From the NCBI GenBank assembly GCA_016748015.1, contig JAAOMT010000697.1:256868-320867 (forward strand): a stretch of DNA of 64,000 nt, written 5' to 3'. Shown one piece after another: positions 51,270 through 64,000 of this stretch (positions are counted from its first letter, which is position 1; every line of letters starts with the position of its first letter). Source of the DNA: Geosiphon pyriformis uo1 (Eukaryota > Fungi > Glomeromycota). Under the pieces are notes generated by a model. The model saw only the letters and a list, made by a program, of their open reading frames with translations, was not told the origin of the DNA and ran no database searches. The translations under genes were made by a program, and so were the position numbers.

Positions 51270-53620
51270 AAAACTATTTTTAATAAAAAAGTTTTTTAGT
51301 TGTTTTTTTAACTATTTAATTTAATATATCTAAACTATTCTTGTTTAATTATAAGACTGTCATTGATCTTGGTATTGCTGTTATGAAAAAGTTTATTAAA
51401 GATTTTGGCTTTAGTATTATTAATAAAAATGTTTTTTAAGGAAAAAAAAAAGAGAAAATGCTCTAAAAAACAATATTGTTGATAAAGATAATTTTACCAA
51501 AAGTTTGATTGGAAATTTTTAAGGTTTTAAAACTGGTAATACTACTAAAATTAATAGTATTAATATAAAAAAAAAGTTTTTGGTAAAAAAAATCAGTATA
51601 AATTATGATAAAAAATTTTTTTTAAATAATGGAAATTTAAACCAAATATTAAAAAGACCCAGATTAATAACTAAGAAGATCTTGAGCACACTTTTAAAAA
51701 AGATAAATTTTTTAAATAACAATAATAATTAATGATGTCTTCTTAAATACTTCTGTAATTTTTTCTTTATTTTAAAAAAATCTAATTAATATATTTGTTA
51801 AAAAGTCTTTTGCTTTAAATATTAATCTAAATAAGATTGTTAAAAAAATATTTTAGAAAAAACTCAATAATTAAAAAATTGTTTTCAAAAATTAATAGTT
51901 TTAGAAAAAGATATTTACTCTTACAAAATTTGTTGAAATTATTAGAGTTGTATTTATTTTTGAATTTAGCCTAACATAAATAACAAATTTGACAAAAACT
52001 GAAAATGTTTTTGTTAATTTTGGTATTAAAAAGTTTACTATATGCTCAAATTAAGCTATAATTGTTAATTAAAATATTAATTAAAACTGTACATACTGTA
52101 TTATCTAATTTTGGTAAAATTAAGTTAATTAAGATATAATTAATAAGACTATAACAGAAGACTATAGTAAAATTTAATTAATTAGAACTTGCTAATTTGA
52201 TTATAGCAAAATAGTCTATTTTGATTAAAAAAAATGCTGTACATATAGTTAAAACTAAGATAAACAAAAAAACATAAAAAACAAAATACTATTATACAAT
52301 ACTGCTTTATATTTTATTTGTAAAAACAAATGCTTATAATATTTAAAATTTTATTAAATTAATAAATAGAAAAATATGTAATTGTTTGTTTTAATTTTAT
52401 TAAATTATTAAATGCTATTATGAGAACCATATCAGTATTAAGAAACATTAATTTATATTGGTTTTATTTAAGTTTAATCAAGTATATTAAATATAAAAAA
52501 GTAAATTATATATTAATTAAGTGTATTAATAGTAAAAAAATTTTTATGATCAATTTTTTTTACAAATTTTTTTTGGAAATAAATAAAAACAGACTGGTTG
52601 TTATTTATGTCAAATAATCAGTTTTTATTGCTTATTTAGTGTTTTTTAGTGGTTTTTTGAACAAATATTGTTAATAGCTCTTTATTTTTTTCTTTTTAGA
52701 CAAATTAGTTTATTTAAAGTTGGTTTTTTTTTAAAAGTAAAATCTTTTTTGCTAGTTGTATTGAATATTAATAATAAATTTACAGTTTTAAAATGCAGTT
52801 TTGTTAATTTTATAAAACAAATTAATTAGTTGGTAAAAAAATTGGATATACTTAGACTAATAATTTTCTGAATATTAGCCATTAGTAATTCTTTTATTGC
52901 AAGATTAAAAAATATATATAGCAATAAATAAGAGTTTGAATATAGCCATTAGTAATAAAACCATGATAATAAAAAATTATCTATTATTTAAAAACATTAT
53001 TAGATTGAAAATATGCATAAATAATTTATTAAATATGATTTTGGATCTGTTAACTAAAGTAAACAATATTGGTTTAAGTTTGAATATCTCTTTTTACCAA
53101 TAATTAATCTTGTTTAAAAAATTGCTATGTGTAATATTAAAGATATTAATGTTTCTGCCAAGTAAAAAAATATTGTTTAATAGTATAGAGATTTAAATAA
53201 TATAATTTCTATTATTATAAAGACAAAATTAAGATCTAATATTAGGTTATAGATTATAAACAAATTTAACAAAGTACAAATCTTCATATTTGGTTTAAAT
53301 AAAAGTTTTTTAGTGCTAATATAATTATTATCATAAATGATTTTCTGGTTAAATATATTTTAAAAATAGAAAAAATTTTGGTTTATGTAAGTTTAGTCTG
53401 TTTTTTATTTAAAAACAAACTTTTAGTTATAGTTTTAGATTTATATGCTGGTGTTTTTGTAGAAGTTAAGTTTAGATAGACTTTAAAAATTAATTTTTTT
53501 ATTGTCAGAGCAGTTAACTTTAGCATTTTTGTGGTTTTAGAAGAGATTTTAACAAGAATAAATATAAAAAAGTGTGAATTTTAAATTTTGTTAGAATTTG
53601 GGTTTGGTTAATTTTTTCAA
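51270..53620 (+). mobile_element. Strongly decayed LINE 5' half (ORF1 and endonuclease start)
   Basis: Collinear with 35330-38720 minus the solo LTR. KIAMCNIKDINV at ~53.12 kb. Confidence 0.8.
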
Positions 53621-54110
53621 TATTATTGAAGGTTTTTGGTCTCTTTTTTTAAATATTATCAATGTCTGTTTATTATAAATTTACATTTTCTGAAAGTAGT
53701 TAAATCTCTAATAACTGAATTTATTTGCAAATTATCTTCTATAATTTAAATTACTGAACTTATAAGTAGAATAGCCAATTTCATGCCAGTTATTCTGTAT
53801 AGTTATATTGTAGTAAATATCAACTCTTTTTCAAGAATTATTTGTTTAAAAGTTTATTAAACTATATAGTTATTTTGCTGTAAAAATCAACTTTTTTACA
53901 AGAAATTTTGTCTGTAAGCTATCCTAATAATTATTAATAAAAATAACAGAAATATAAAAAAAATGAGTTTTTGTTAAGAAAATCATTTCTGGTTTAAGTC
54001 TAGAATTACTAACAAATTACTGAAATTGGTAGTTAATTAATTTTAAAACATTAGTTAAATTTTGGAAAATTTCAAATATGATAATTAAGAAATTTGGTTT
54101 TTGAAATATT
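53621..54110 (-). mobile_element. LTR-B-related sequence inserted in the LINE
   Basis: Aligns to 19007-19510. The right boundary is unresolved and may extend to ~54890. Confidence 0.78.
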
Positions 54111-54899
54111 AATTTTAAAAAATTCACTAGCAATATCCAAAATATATTGTATAGAAGTCTAACTATTTTTTATTTAAATTGTATTATTAACAAAAATACC
54201 AGTCATAAAAATAAATAAATTCTTTTTACTGATTTTTATTCTGTCTATTTTTGCCACAAAGTTTGTGTTAATTTTATATTTACATAAATGCTTGTGTTTT
54301 TTATCTTGTATAATAAAAAATTATAAAAAATTCTTTAAAAAAATAATAAAAAAACTTTACTTTAATTCAATTTATCATATATTCTGTAATTACTCAAAAG
54401 TCCAAAGTCTATTATCATTCTATTAATTTTGTTTATATATATATTTCTAAAAAACTTAATAAACTAATTACATATTTTAATTTACTTTAAACTAGTTTTT
54501 AGATAATGTTACTTAACTAAGTTATATGTTTTATGTATATCCTATAAAACCAGTCAAAGTTTTTGGTTTTTTTTTAAAACATTTTTTATTATTAAACCAA
54601 CAACAAAAACAGGCAACTAAGTTAAAGTATCTTTTAAAACTAAAAAGTTGTTTTTATAAAAAATGTTAAAATTGCTATATGTAAATAAAATACAATTCAA
54701 AAAAAATGTTAGACAAAATTTTTTTAGTTATTTTAATAAACACAATAGGTTAAGTATTTGTTAAAACACTATTTTATTTATAAAACTTAGAAATTATTGA
54801 AACTCATGCTTTTTTTTACAGAACTAGAGTATTATTAAAAGCTAAATAAAAGTTTAACAAAACCAAAAAACATCTTATTACTAGATTGTCACAATGTTT

Positions 54900-57800
54900 T
54901 ATAGTTTATTAAGTATATTAAACAAATTAGCAGCTTTATTATTAAGCAAATTATTAATTATTCAAACTAATTCATTTATGCCAATCTCTTTTATTATATT
55001 TAAAAAAATATTATTACTAATATAATTTAAAAACATATATTGGTAAAATCACAGATTAGGCAGCATCAAACATATTTTTTGCTTTTTTATTTATCTTTTT
55101 ATGATTTTATTAACTTTAAGCTTTATTTTATTTAATACTAAAATTAAATTTTCTTTAATTACCAAATAATCTAAAACTATTTTGTAAAATAATTATTTCA
55201 ATATGCTTTTTATTATGTTTTTTTTGTCAAAATTAAAATTAAAAAATTTTTTTTAATTGCTTTTTTAATAAAAATATTTTTGGTTACTTTTAATTTATAG
55301 TATTTAAATCTCTAATAAATTTTCTTAATTATTGACAAATTTTTAATAATATTTAGTGATTTTATACTATTATAAATTATATTGCTAATTTTGGTAGTCT
55401 TAATATTATTAAGAATCAATTTAGCTTTAATAAGATAATTAAGTTTAAATATTTTATTTAAACTTAACTTTTTTACAATTTTGGCCACTAATAATTTTAA
55501 CTTAAAAAATTTTGATGATTGTTTATTTCTTAAACAAATAAACTTACTAAACCAATATTTAAAAACCACTTTATTAATTGATTTTACTATTGTCTTCTTT
55601 AAAACATCCTATATTTTGTTCAAATTAATAAGAATTTTTGTATTTTTAAATTTGTCTATTAATATAAAAAGTTTAATAAAAAAACAATTTTTAAATTATG
55701 TTTATTTAATATTATTTTCATTCTTAATTTTGAATTTTTAGTAGTTTTTATTAGCTTATTTCTGAATATTATTTAAATAAGTATTTAAAAAAATTTTCAA
55801 ACTAACAAAAACAATAACTATCTTATAATTAATATCAAAAAACTTAGACACAAAACTAATTTTATAGTACAGTAAACTCTCTTTATAATCACACTTTTTA
55901 GTCAGCACATTTGTAGTGACTATAGAAAAATAAAACTATAAAAAATGATTAATATCTTATCACATGATCTATATATTACATGCATAATATAATAACCAAT
56001 TATATATATTTTATTTAAAAAAGCTATTTATTTGCAACTGTTTTTTTTCTTCTTGAACTTTGAAAACAGTATTATGAATTAATGTTCTCAAAGTTTTAAA
56101 AAAGTCTAAATTAACTTTTTCACTATACTGCTTTTTACAATAGTGCAATATATCTTCAAGTGCAGTTTTATCTTAATGTGTAAATAGCAAAGACAAAGGT
56201 TCATCTTTATTTTTACTTTCTAAATTTTTATTTGCATTAGAATTTCCACTATACTTGTTGTTAATAAGATCCACAATTTTATCCTCTGAGACATAAGTGA
56301 ATAATAATTCAAACTTGTCAATATTAATGAAGTCTATTGTCAATAGCTTGTTAATATTAACATGCTCAATAAAAACTTATACTTCTTGTAGGAGTTCTTG
56401 TTCAATATCTAATGGATGAGTTGGCATTTGACTATTATTCAGAATTCTCATATAACATCAACAGTTTTGGATTGTAGTTGTTGTTACTGCTAACCATGTA
56501 TTAATTAGAAAGTCAACCACATCCTTTAATGTTACTGTTAATATTGGAATCTTGCTATCATACTGATTAATAAAATGGAAAAGAAACAACTTTCAGTATT
56601 GTGCCTTAAAGAATACAATAATTTCTGCATCTAATAGTTGTAAATGGAATATTGTATTAGATAGCAAGTATCTAATTATAATATTAGATAATACAGAAGG
56701 TTCTCTACCATAGAGACCAGTATTATTAAGCAATAGCAAAATCTTTTTTTTCTTGTGACACATTTCTTCATTTAATAAATTAAGCCATTCACTAAAAATA
56801 TTAGTTTATATCCATGCTTTTGTATTGTAACAATAAGTGATTGAAAGTGCATTTATATTAATATTGTGAAAACATTATGGCTTTGTGGCTTTGCTGATAA
56901 TTAAAGACTGCAACTTGATGTTGCCTGTTGCATTACAAGCAAAAAGTATGGTAATTCAACTCTTATCACACTTGGTGCCAAAGGTAGATCTTATTGTCAA
57001 AGTTGTATTTGGTGGCATTCTAAAGAATAATGCTGTCTTATTGGCATATTAAACATTATTTAGATTATATTCGCTGATAATCTCATGCAGTTTCTTTCAT
57101 TCCTCTGGTAAAATTTCCAAGGGACACTGTTTGTTTTACCATGCATCTTAATGTGGTGCAAATTATAACATTTCTTGAACTTTTCTAACCAATTATTTGA
57201 TGTTTTAAAGTTATTTTCTTCTGGAAACTTTTCAGCAAACTTGAAGGCTTTCATTTGTAAAAATTTTCCAGTAAGAATGCAGTTGGTAGCTAGTGCTCCA
57301 AGCATCTATTCTCCTAGTGCATCATTTATTTTTGGAAACATTTCTTTTCTGTTCTTTGTCAATTGACCAGAGTTGCCAAATACATTTTTTTTAATTTATC
57401 AGTCTAATTTCGTGAGTATTTTTGTTACAGTGGAGCAGTCAACCTTTAGATTAAATATTTTGATAAGTCTATTTGCTAAGTAGTCAGAATGCTCTAGTTT
57501 GTACTAAAAGAGAGCCTTTTTAGTCTCCAAAGAGATTGCTGCTTGCTTTTAGTTCACATTTTTTAGCATGTTAATAAGAACACACTTTTTATTGCATTTT
57601 GCTTTTATAATGTATTGATGTATTTGTTATGTCTCAAACATTATTTTGTCTTATATCTAATTGGACATGTAAAGTGTCTCATGTCATATGAAGTGCTTTA
57701 GATTATAAAAAGTAGCCAAATTATAAAAATAAAGATTTTAATCCAACTGTAGGATTCTAAATGCAAATGACAGATTCTCGATAAAAAGAAACCTAATTTC

Positions 57801-60800
57801 GATAATGCATTTACAACACTTTTTGCCTCTTATCTTCAACTAATGATCAATAATAAAGACTGTCAATTTGATCTTCTGCATACTTGCATAATTGCATAAA
57901 AGATAGCACAATGTCATGTTGTCAAGCTTTCCAAACACAGCAATGCCTATATCAATTAAAATATTGATATAAAATACTTTGCACAATGTCAAGGATATTA
58001 GAGTGAAAGTCAACTGCAGTTTTTTAAAAAATGTCCTAATTATCATAAGTTGTGAGATTTGATATGTAATATATATAGGCATGCAATGACTTCCGAATTA
58101 ATATAGTCATATGTTGTTTCTAAGAAAAATCTATCTGTTGAAGATTACTTAGAATGGGCCCAAAATAAAACAGATCCCACATTTAGGTTAAAGTATGAAC
58201 AAGTCTTTTTTTATTTACAAGCAATTATTAACTTTTGCACTGAAGTTCATTTCAATAGGTCTTTATTAAGACTTGTGGCTAGACAAATATTTGCACCAAT
58301 TTGGTCTGTTTAGCACTATCCTATTTACTAATTAATTGAAATTGCTGATGAAAAACAATGGCTATGATTGAAGCCTAAAGTTTACAAGCTAATTCAAAAA
58401 AAAATTGTAATTTCTCAATTTAAACTTTCAAATCAACATCAAGGCCATGATGCAATACTTGAAAAAATTAACAAAATGCTCAAATCATTGATTCTTTCTA
58501 TATCTTCACAATGGCATTGGAAAATTGCAATACATAACTGTATCAAATTTAAGAGATTGCATACTAACCTCTTTAATGTTATCAGATATTTTAAAAGTGA
58601 AATATACAGATCTTGTACATGTTTTAGCTTTATTGTTGAATCAAATCGATTTTAAGTTCAGATAAGAAAGACACAGTTTGTAAATCCAAATGTCTCTAAT
58701 TATGTTTTTTGTAATATTGGTCATGAATAGATATTAAGCAAAAAAATGAAAAAATTCAGTGAAATTGCATGGATGAAAAAAATAGACTTTCTTAAAGCAA
58801 GGTAAATTAAAAAAACATTATTAAGTACTTGGAAACCAATCCAGTAACAAGTGAAAAAGCAGATCATCAAAAAATGTAAATCTGTTAATAAAATTACAAC
58901 TATTATCTATTATTAACTCTCTAATATCTCTTTTAAGTGATCATGTTTTAGAAGCTTATCAAGTTAATCGTGTAACAGTCTAATAAATATCCTTTAAGAA
59001 GTTAGAAATATATTGTATTGTGTACAGTTTTGTTTATGTTGAGTTGGGTGTATTACCATTTATAATTGGCATTTTTAAAACATGATATGTTCAGTTTAAG
59101 TCCAAATTTCCGTTTTGTGTAATTATGTTTGGATTATAAAAAGCATTCAATACAGATTTATTTGCCCCAAAAAAGTTGATTTTTAATACATCTTTAAAAC
59201 TATTAGTCAAACTTTTGCTTGTTAATACTAAATATTAGTTAAATGATGAATATAATTGCTAGTATGGAGCCTTTTTTTAATTGCGGATGCCAAAGTTGGT
59301 GTGAAAATGTATTTATTGGGTATATATCAGAATTCTTATGCTCTGAGTTTTATTACTGGTCATATTTCTCTTTCTAAAGAAAGGTAAATTCAAACTTCAT
59401 TCCCAGTTGATTTGCTTGAGCAATGTTCTATTAACAAACTTGTTCCCAAAGGATTCCATTGGGTCATTATTTTTGCTTGTAGGTCTGTTAATTCCTTCTC
59501 CCAATATGGAGAAAAAGTAATCTCATTAGCCAAATTTTGATCCAAAGTAACTTCATTGATACCTACAGCAATAGCCTCCAAAGCACTACCAATCTCTGAA
59601 GCACCACCAGTCTCCAAAGCACCAAGAGCAGCAGTACTGTATTATATGTTAACTATTATTAAAACTTTCATAATACCCACAAACAACAAGTCAGATATAA
59701 TAGTTCCATCATTGTCTTTTAATGGCAGTGACAGCTTATAAAGAAGAAAAGTAATTGAATGTTTTAATATTTCAAAAATTTTGTTTAGTGTTTTACAATC
59801 ATTTTCAGAAACTTCTTTAATTTTTTTTACTATCATAAAAAGAATAATTTCTATTAACAAATCAGGAAATCTTCCTGACTGTACATGTCTAATTAATTAT
59901 GAAATGATATCTAATGTTCATATCTAATATCATATGATTATAGTGTGACTATAAAAAGTAGAAATTACTTATATTCTGCTATCATATTTGTGAGGATAAG
60001 AACTATAAGAAGATATATATAGTAAAAGTAACTATAAGAAGATAATATTATATATAAATAGTTTTGGTTTTTAAAAAAATGTGATTATAAGAAGATAGTG
60101 ACTATAACCAGAGGGACTATAGAGAGAGTTCACTATATATTACTGTAGATAACAAATACTTACTTACAAAAATGTAATTAATAATCTTCTCAACTCTCTT
60201 AAAATAGCTTTAGATAAAAATATTAATTAAAAAATATTTACCAAAAGAGTTGATTAATCCTAAATCTAAGAACTTTTTAAAACTTGTATTTTTCTTAAAA
60301 CTATCTTTGTTAAAATTATTACTTAAGACCACAAAAAAGCTAAAATTTACTATTTTAAAGATAATAGAATTAATATTAGAAGTCTAACCAAATCTAATTT
60401 TAGTAAATATACTAATATATAAATTAAAAACCATGACAGATAATTTATTTTTAAATAAAAAATAGATTAAAATAATTTAACTTAGAATCTTCTTAATTTT
60501 TAATACATATCTAGTCAAAAAATTATTTATAATAATAGTCATATTAACATTAAGAAACCTATCAACCAAACTTAATATAAAAATCCAAATATTATCAAAC
60601 TTATTCACAATTTATGACTTAATATTAGACTTTAACTAAGTTTTTATAACAATAAAAATCATATTATTAGACTTTATATGCCAATAAATAATGTCTTTTT
60701 GCTTAACCAAATTGTTTATTTTCTTAATATTACATATAACAATTTTTTAAATAAAACTGGTTATTAAGAAAATTTGAAACCTAAACTTAAACCAAGATTG

Positions 60801-62720
60801 TTAATTCTAATCAAAAAACTTAAAACCATATTTGACAAGTTTTTCATATTATTTTTTAATTTTAAAAAATTCAGCAAATTTAAAAATACTGTTTTTACAA
60901 TAACTTTGTTACTAATAACTACACTTAAACTTTTATTTATTACTATATTTACTTTTTGATTTTGTGATAAAAAGATTACCAATAGCTAATATTTAAAAAT
61001 TGGCTGAAAATTTATTAGTCCAAATATATTTAACTTTTTAGTCAGTTTACTAATTTGTTCTATAAAATTAATGAAACTGTGCTTAAAAGTTATAAACTTA
61101 TTATTTATTTTTATAAACCCTAATAAGAGAAATTTAATATTCAAAAATAAATCAATATTAAGAAAAACTAAAAACACAATACAAATAAAATTACTATTAG
61201 CAATTTGTGTCTATGTTTTACTACTAAAAAAACTGGATAAGCAATAAATATCTGCTTTTTTATATATATGCCAGTCAATTATATTTAATCTTAAAAAATA
61301 ATCAGTTTTTTATTATAACTACTTAGATTTCTATTAGTTAAATACATATCAGAAAAATGACTAAATTTTTTATATTAAATACAAATAGCCAAAAACATAT
61401 CAATCCAATACAAATATATATTCTTAAAAACTAGAACAGAATTAATAACATATTTATTATATCTATATTTTTTCAGATTATAACTAATAAAACAAAATTT
61501 TTTACTATATAATAACAACAAATTAAAATACTTATAAACAATAATACCAACTAATAAGATATATAATAAAGTTTGATAATAAACTTTTAAACATTTATAT
61601 TTATTTATTTTTAATAGTCTTAGTTATATAAACAAAATTTTTTTTTATAAGTACTAACTATTTAGCTGTGATCAAATTAACAATTTAGCAGACTTAAATT
61701 TAATTAAAATCTTTTGACAAAAACCAATCAGTTATATCTTGATAGAAATAATCTTATTAAACTTAGAAAAAACTGATTTTATAGTCAATTTAGAAAATTA
61801 ACTAGAATTTTTTTAACAATTACTTTTTAATTTATGCAATTGTTTATTTTTTTGATATTATTATTGACCAAAATTTTCTTATTAATAGCCAGTTTCTTAG
61901 TTTTACTTAAACTTAATTTAAAAATAAATAATAATTTAATGATATCTAAAAATTTAGAAGAACTAAATATCTTTTTAAAACCATTAATATAATAAAATAA
62001 TTTTTTTATTAACAATTATTTATTATCAAAAGTTTTGTAAGACATTACAAAAAACTTAATATTTAATGTAAAAAAATTTTTAAACCAAAACTTTTAATCT
62101 TCTTATTTTGTAATTTGATTAATAATAATTTTTAAAATCTATTAAATTTAAAAGCTAAAAACACTAATATATTGTTATTATTACTTAATTTATCAAAGAA
62201 AAATTTATTTAGCAGTTGTTTTAAAACATATATTTTAATGAATATCTTTTTTAAAATAATATTATTTATTATTTTATTAGTTTCTAAAGTGTTTAAGTTT
62301 ATATAATTAGTTTTTTTTGTAATTGTGTTTTTTATGTTTTTTATATCTGACATTTTACTAATGCTGGTTTTTTTGCTATTTATTTTATTATTTTAAAACT
62401 TTTTGCAATTATTATTATTAGCATATAAATTGCTAATAAGAAGAAAATTAACCAATAAATCTACTATATTACTAATAACTTCAGGCTTTTTTGGTTTTTT
62501 ATATAAAGCATTATAAGAGTAAAAACTTTCAATATGCTTTTTTTTAATACCAAACTGGGTCTTCAATTCAATTAAACCAGAACTAAAACTGCCAGCAAAA
62601 AAGCTTACCAGTTTTATAGTAATAAAAATAAGTGTATTAAAAAAAATAACTGTAAAAACAGAAGAAAAAAAAAAATTTTTTTTATTTTTTCGATTATTTT
62701 ATGTTTTTACTGTAACCAAA
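54900..62720 (-). mobile_element. Decayed LINE 5' half of another subfamily, interrupted by a pogo element
   Basis: ORF1 from ~62.6 kb (FAGSFSSG...KKKHIESFYS...YKKPKKP) to 60764. Endonuclease reads ...EKIINYIFVS|...SKFFDINYK continuously across 55870-60135. Confidence 0.75.
55870..60135 (-). mobile_element. pogo/Tigger DNA transposon with cargo
   Basis: Imperfect TIRs YAGTRAACTCTCTYTATARTC, TA on both flanks and subterminal TATAGTCAC repeats. Transposase pseudogene at ~56050-57570 with CENP-B HTH (FKTSNNWLEKFKK) and DDE_1 (ITILFACNATG, NTKAWI, ILLLLNN, LQLLDAEII). Confidence 0.88.
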
Positions 62721-63609
62721 AAATCAACAAAAAATTAATATATGTATTAATTATTTAATATTATATAATTAATTATTTTATTTTTAAATAATAATTATTA
62801 ATCTAATTATTAATTTAGTTATTAAATTTTTTAATAGTTATATAAGTAATAAATTTTTTAACTGTAAAAAAACATAAAAACCAAAATAAATTATAATAAT
62901 TACATATTTAATACTTTTTTTTATATTATTTTTTTCTTTTTTTTGTAGATAAAAATTTATTTATTGATATTTACATACTTTATTTTTTTATTTGTATTAT
63001 TAAAAAACTATTTGTTTGCTTTTATAATTTATTAAATAAAAAAATAAACAAAAATATAATAATATTTATTATTAATTCTAAGAATAATAACAGCAGTATT
63101 ATCTTGTTAACAATTATAAATTATTTTCAAATTTTCCAGAAAAAATTAAACAACTATAATTTTAAACCTAATTATATACACTAAATTTTTTCAAATTTTT
63201 GATTGAATTTTTTTTTTAATTATTTTTATTATTATTATTTTTAATAGTTATTTTTTTATTTATTTATTAGCTTATTACTCAAATTTATAATAATATATTT
63301 TTAAGTTATAATTATATATTATATATATTTATATTTTAATTTGACAATTATTAAATTTATTTCAAAATTATAATACAATAAATTTTCTCTATAGTTATAT
63401 TTTTTGGTTAACATATTTATGATAACTATAAAGAAATATAATTATAAAAAATAATCAATATTTGTTATATAATTTATATATTATATAAATAATATAATAA
63501 TTAATTAAATATATTAAATATTTATAAGACTATATTAAAAAGTTTTAAAAATTAATAAATAACAGATTGAATATTTTTGTTTCTGTTTTTATATTTTTTA
63601 TTAATATGT

Positions 63610-64000
63610 TGTTACTCATAAAAATTAGGAATTATAATAATAAATAAAATAGCCAATCAAAAATAAGTATTATAAAAAAAAGAATTTCAGAATTTCTCTT
63701 AAGGAATTGCAAGATTTCAAAATTCCAGAATTCCAGAATTCTTCTTGAAAAATTGCAGAATTTCAAAATTCCAGAATTCTTTTTAAAAAAATTGAAAGAT
63801 TTCAAGAAATCTTATAAATTATATATATATAATAAGAATATTAGAAGCAAAATAAGTATTCAATCTATATTTAATAGAGTTTAGAACAACAATACTCTTC
63901 TTTTCAAAAAAAGTTTTTTATAACTTAAAGTAAAATTACATTAATATTAATAAAATATCTAATTATCATCTAATTTATATTATTATTGTTTGATTAAAAA
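63610..64000 (+). mobile_element. Decayed LTR-A-related LTR, runs off the right edge
   Basis: TGTTACTCATA start, AGCCAATC, a (TTCCAGAA)n array and TATATATA, in the same order as the reverse complement of 13908-13660. Confidence 0.75.

Overview
AT-rich fungal genomic DNA with many short introns. The gene style and transposon families suggest Glomeromycotina, possibly Geosiphon-like; this is inference, not a database result. Two compact, CpG-retaining gene islands are present. Island 1 (1-8.9 kb) has DOP1, MAK11 and a shugoshin. Island 2 (44.3-50.4 kb) has DUG1/CNDP2 and PRP28. The remaining ~48 kb is nested, decayed transposons: (1) an ORF1-only ('half-LINE'/HAL1-like) non-LTR element that shares the hairpin-forming 3' UTR and (AAT)n tail of a full-length APE-RT-RNaseH LINE at 35.3-43.0 kb; (2) inserted in it, a Ty3/Gypsy-like LTR element (A) that contains a second, related element (B), both encoding Gag, protease, a Cys-rich domain and dUTPase, with an extra unknown ORF before A's 3' LTR; (3) solo and partial LTRs and further LINE fragments; (4) an IS630/Tc1/mariner transposase relic and a 4.3-kb pogo/Tigger element carrying cargo. 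All repeats show heavy C>T/G>A mutation that goes beyond CpG and appears to spare GpC, a RIP-like pattern in a lineage where RIP is not established. Best candidates for novelty are the ORF1-only LINE partner, the retrovirus-like dUTPase/Cys-domain/extra-ORF LTR family and the mutation signature. Boundaries of decayed elements are approximate and all alignments were done by eye.
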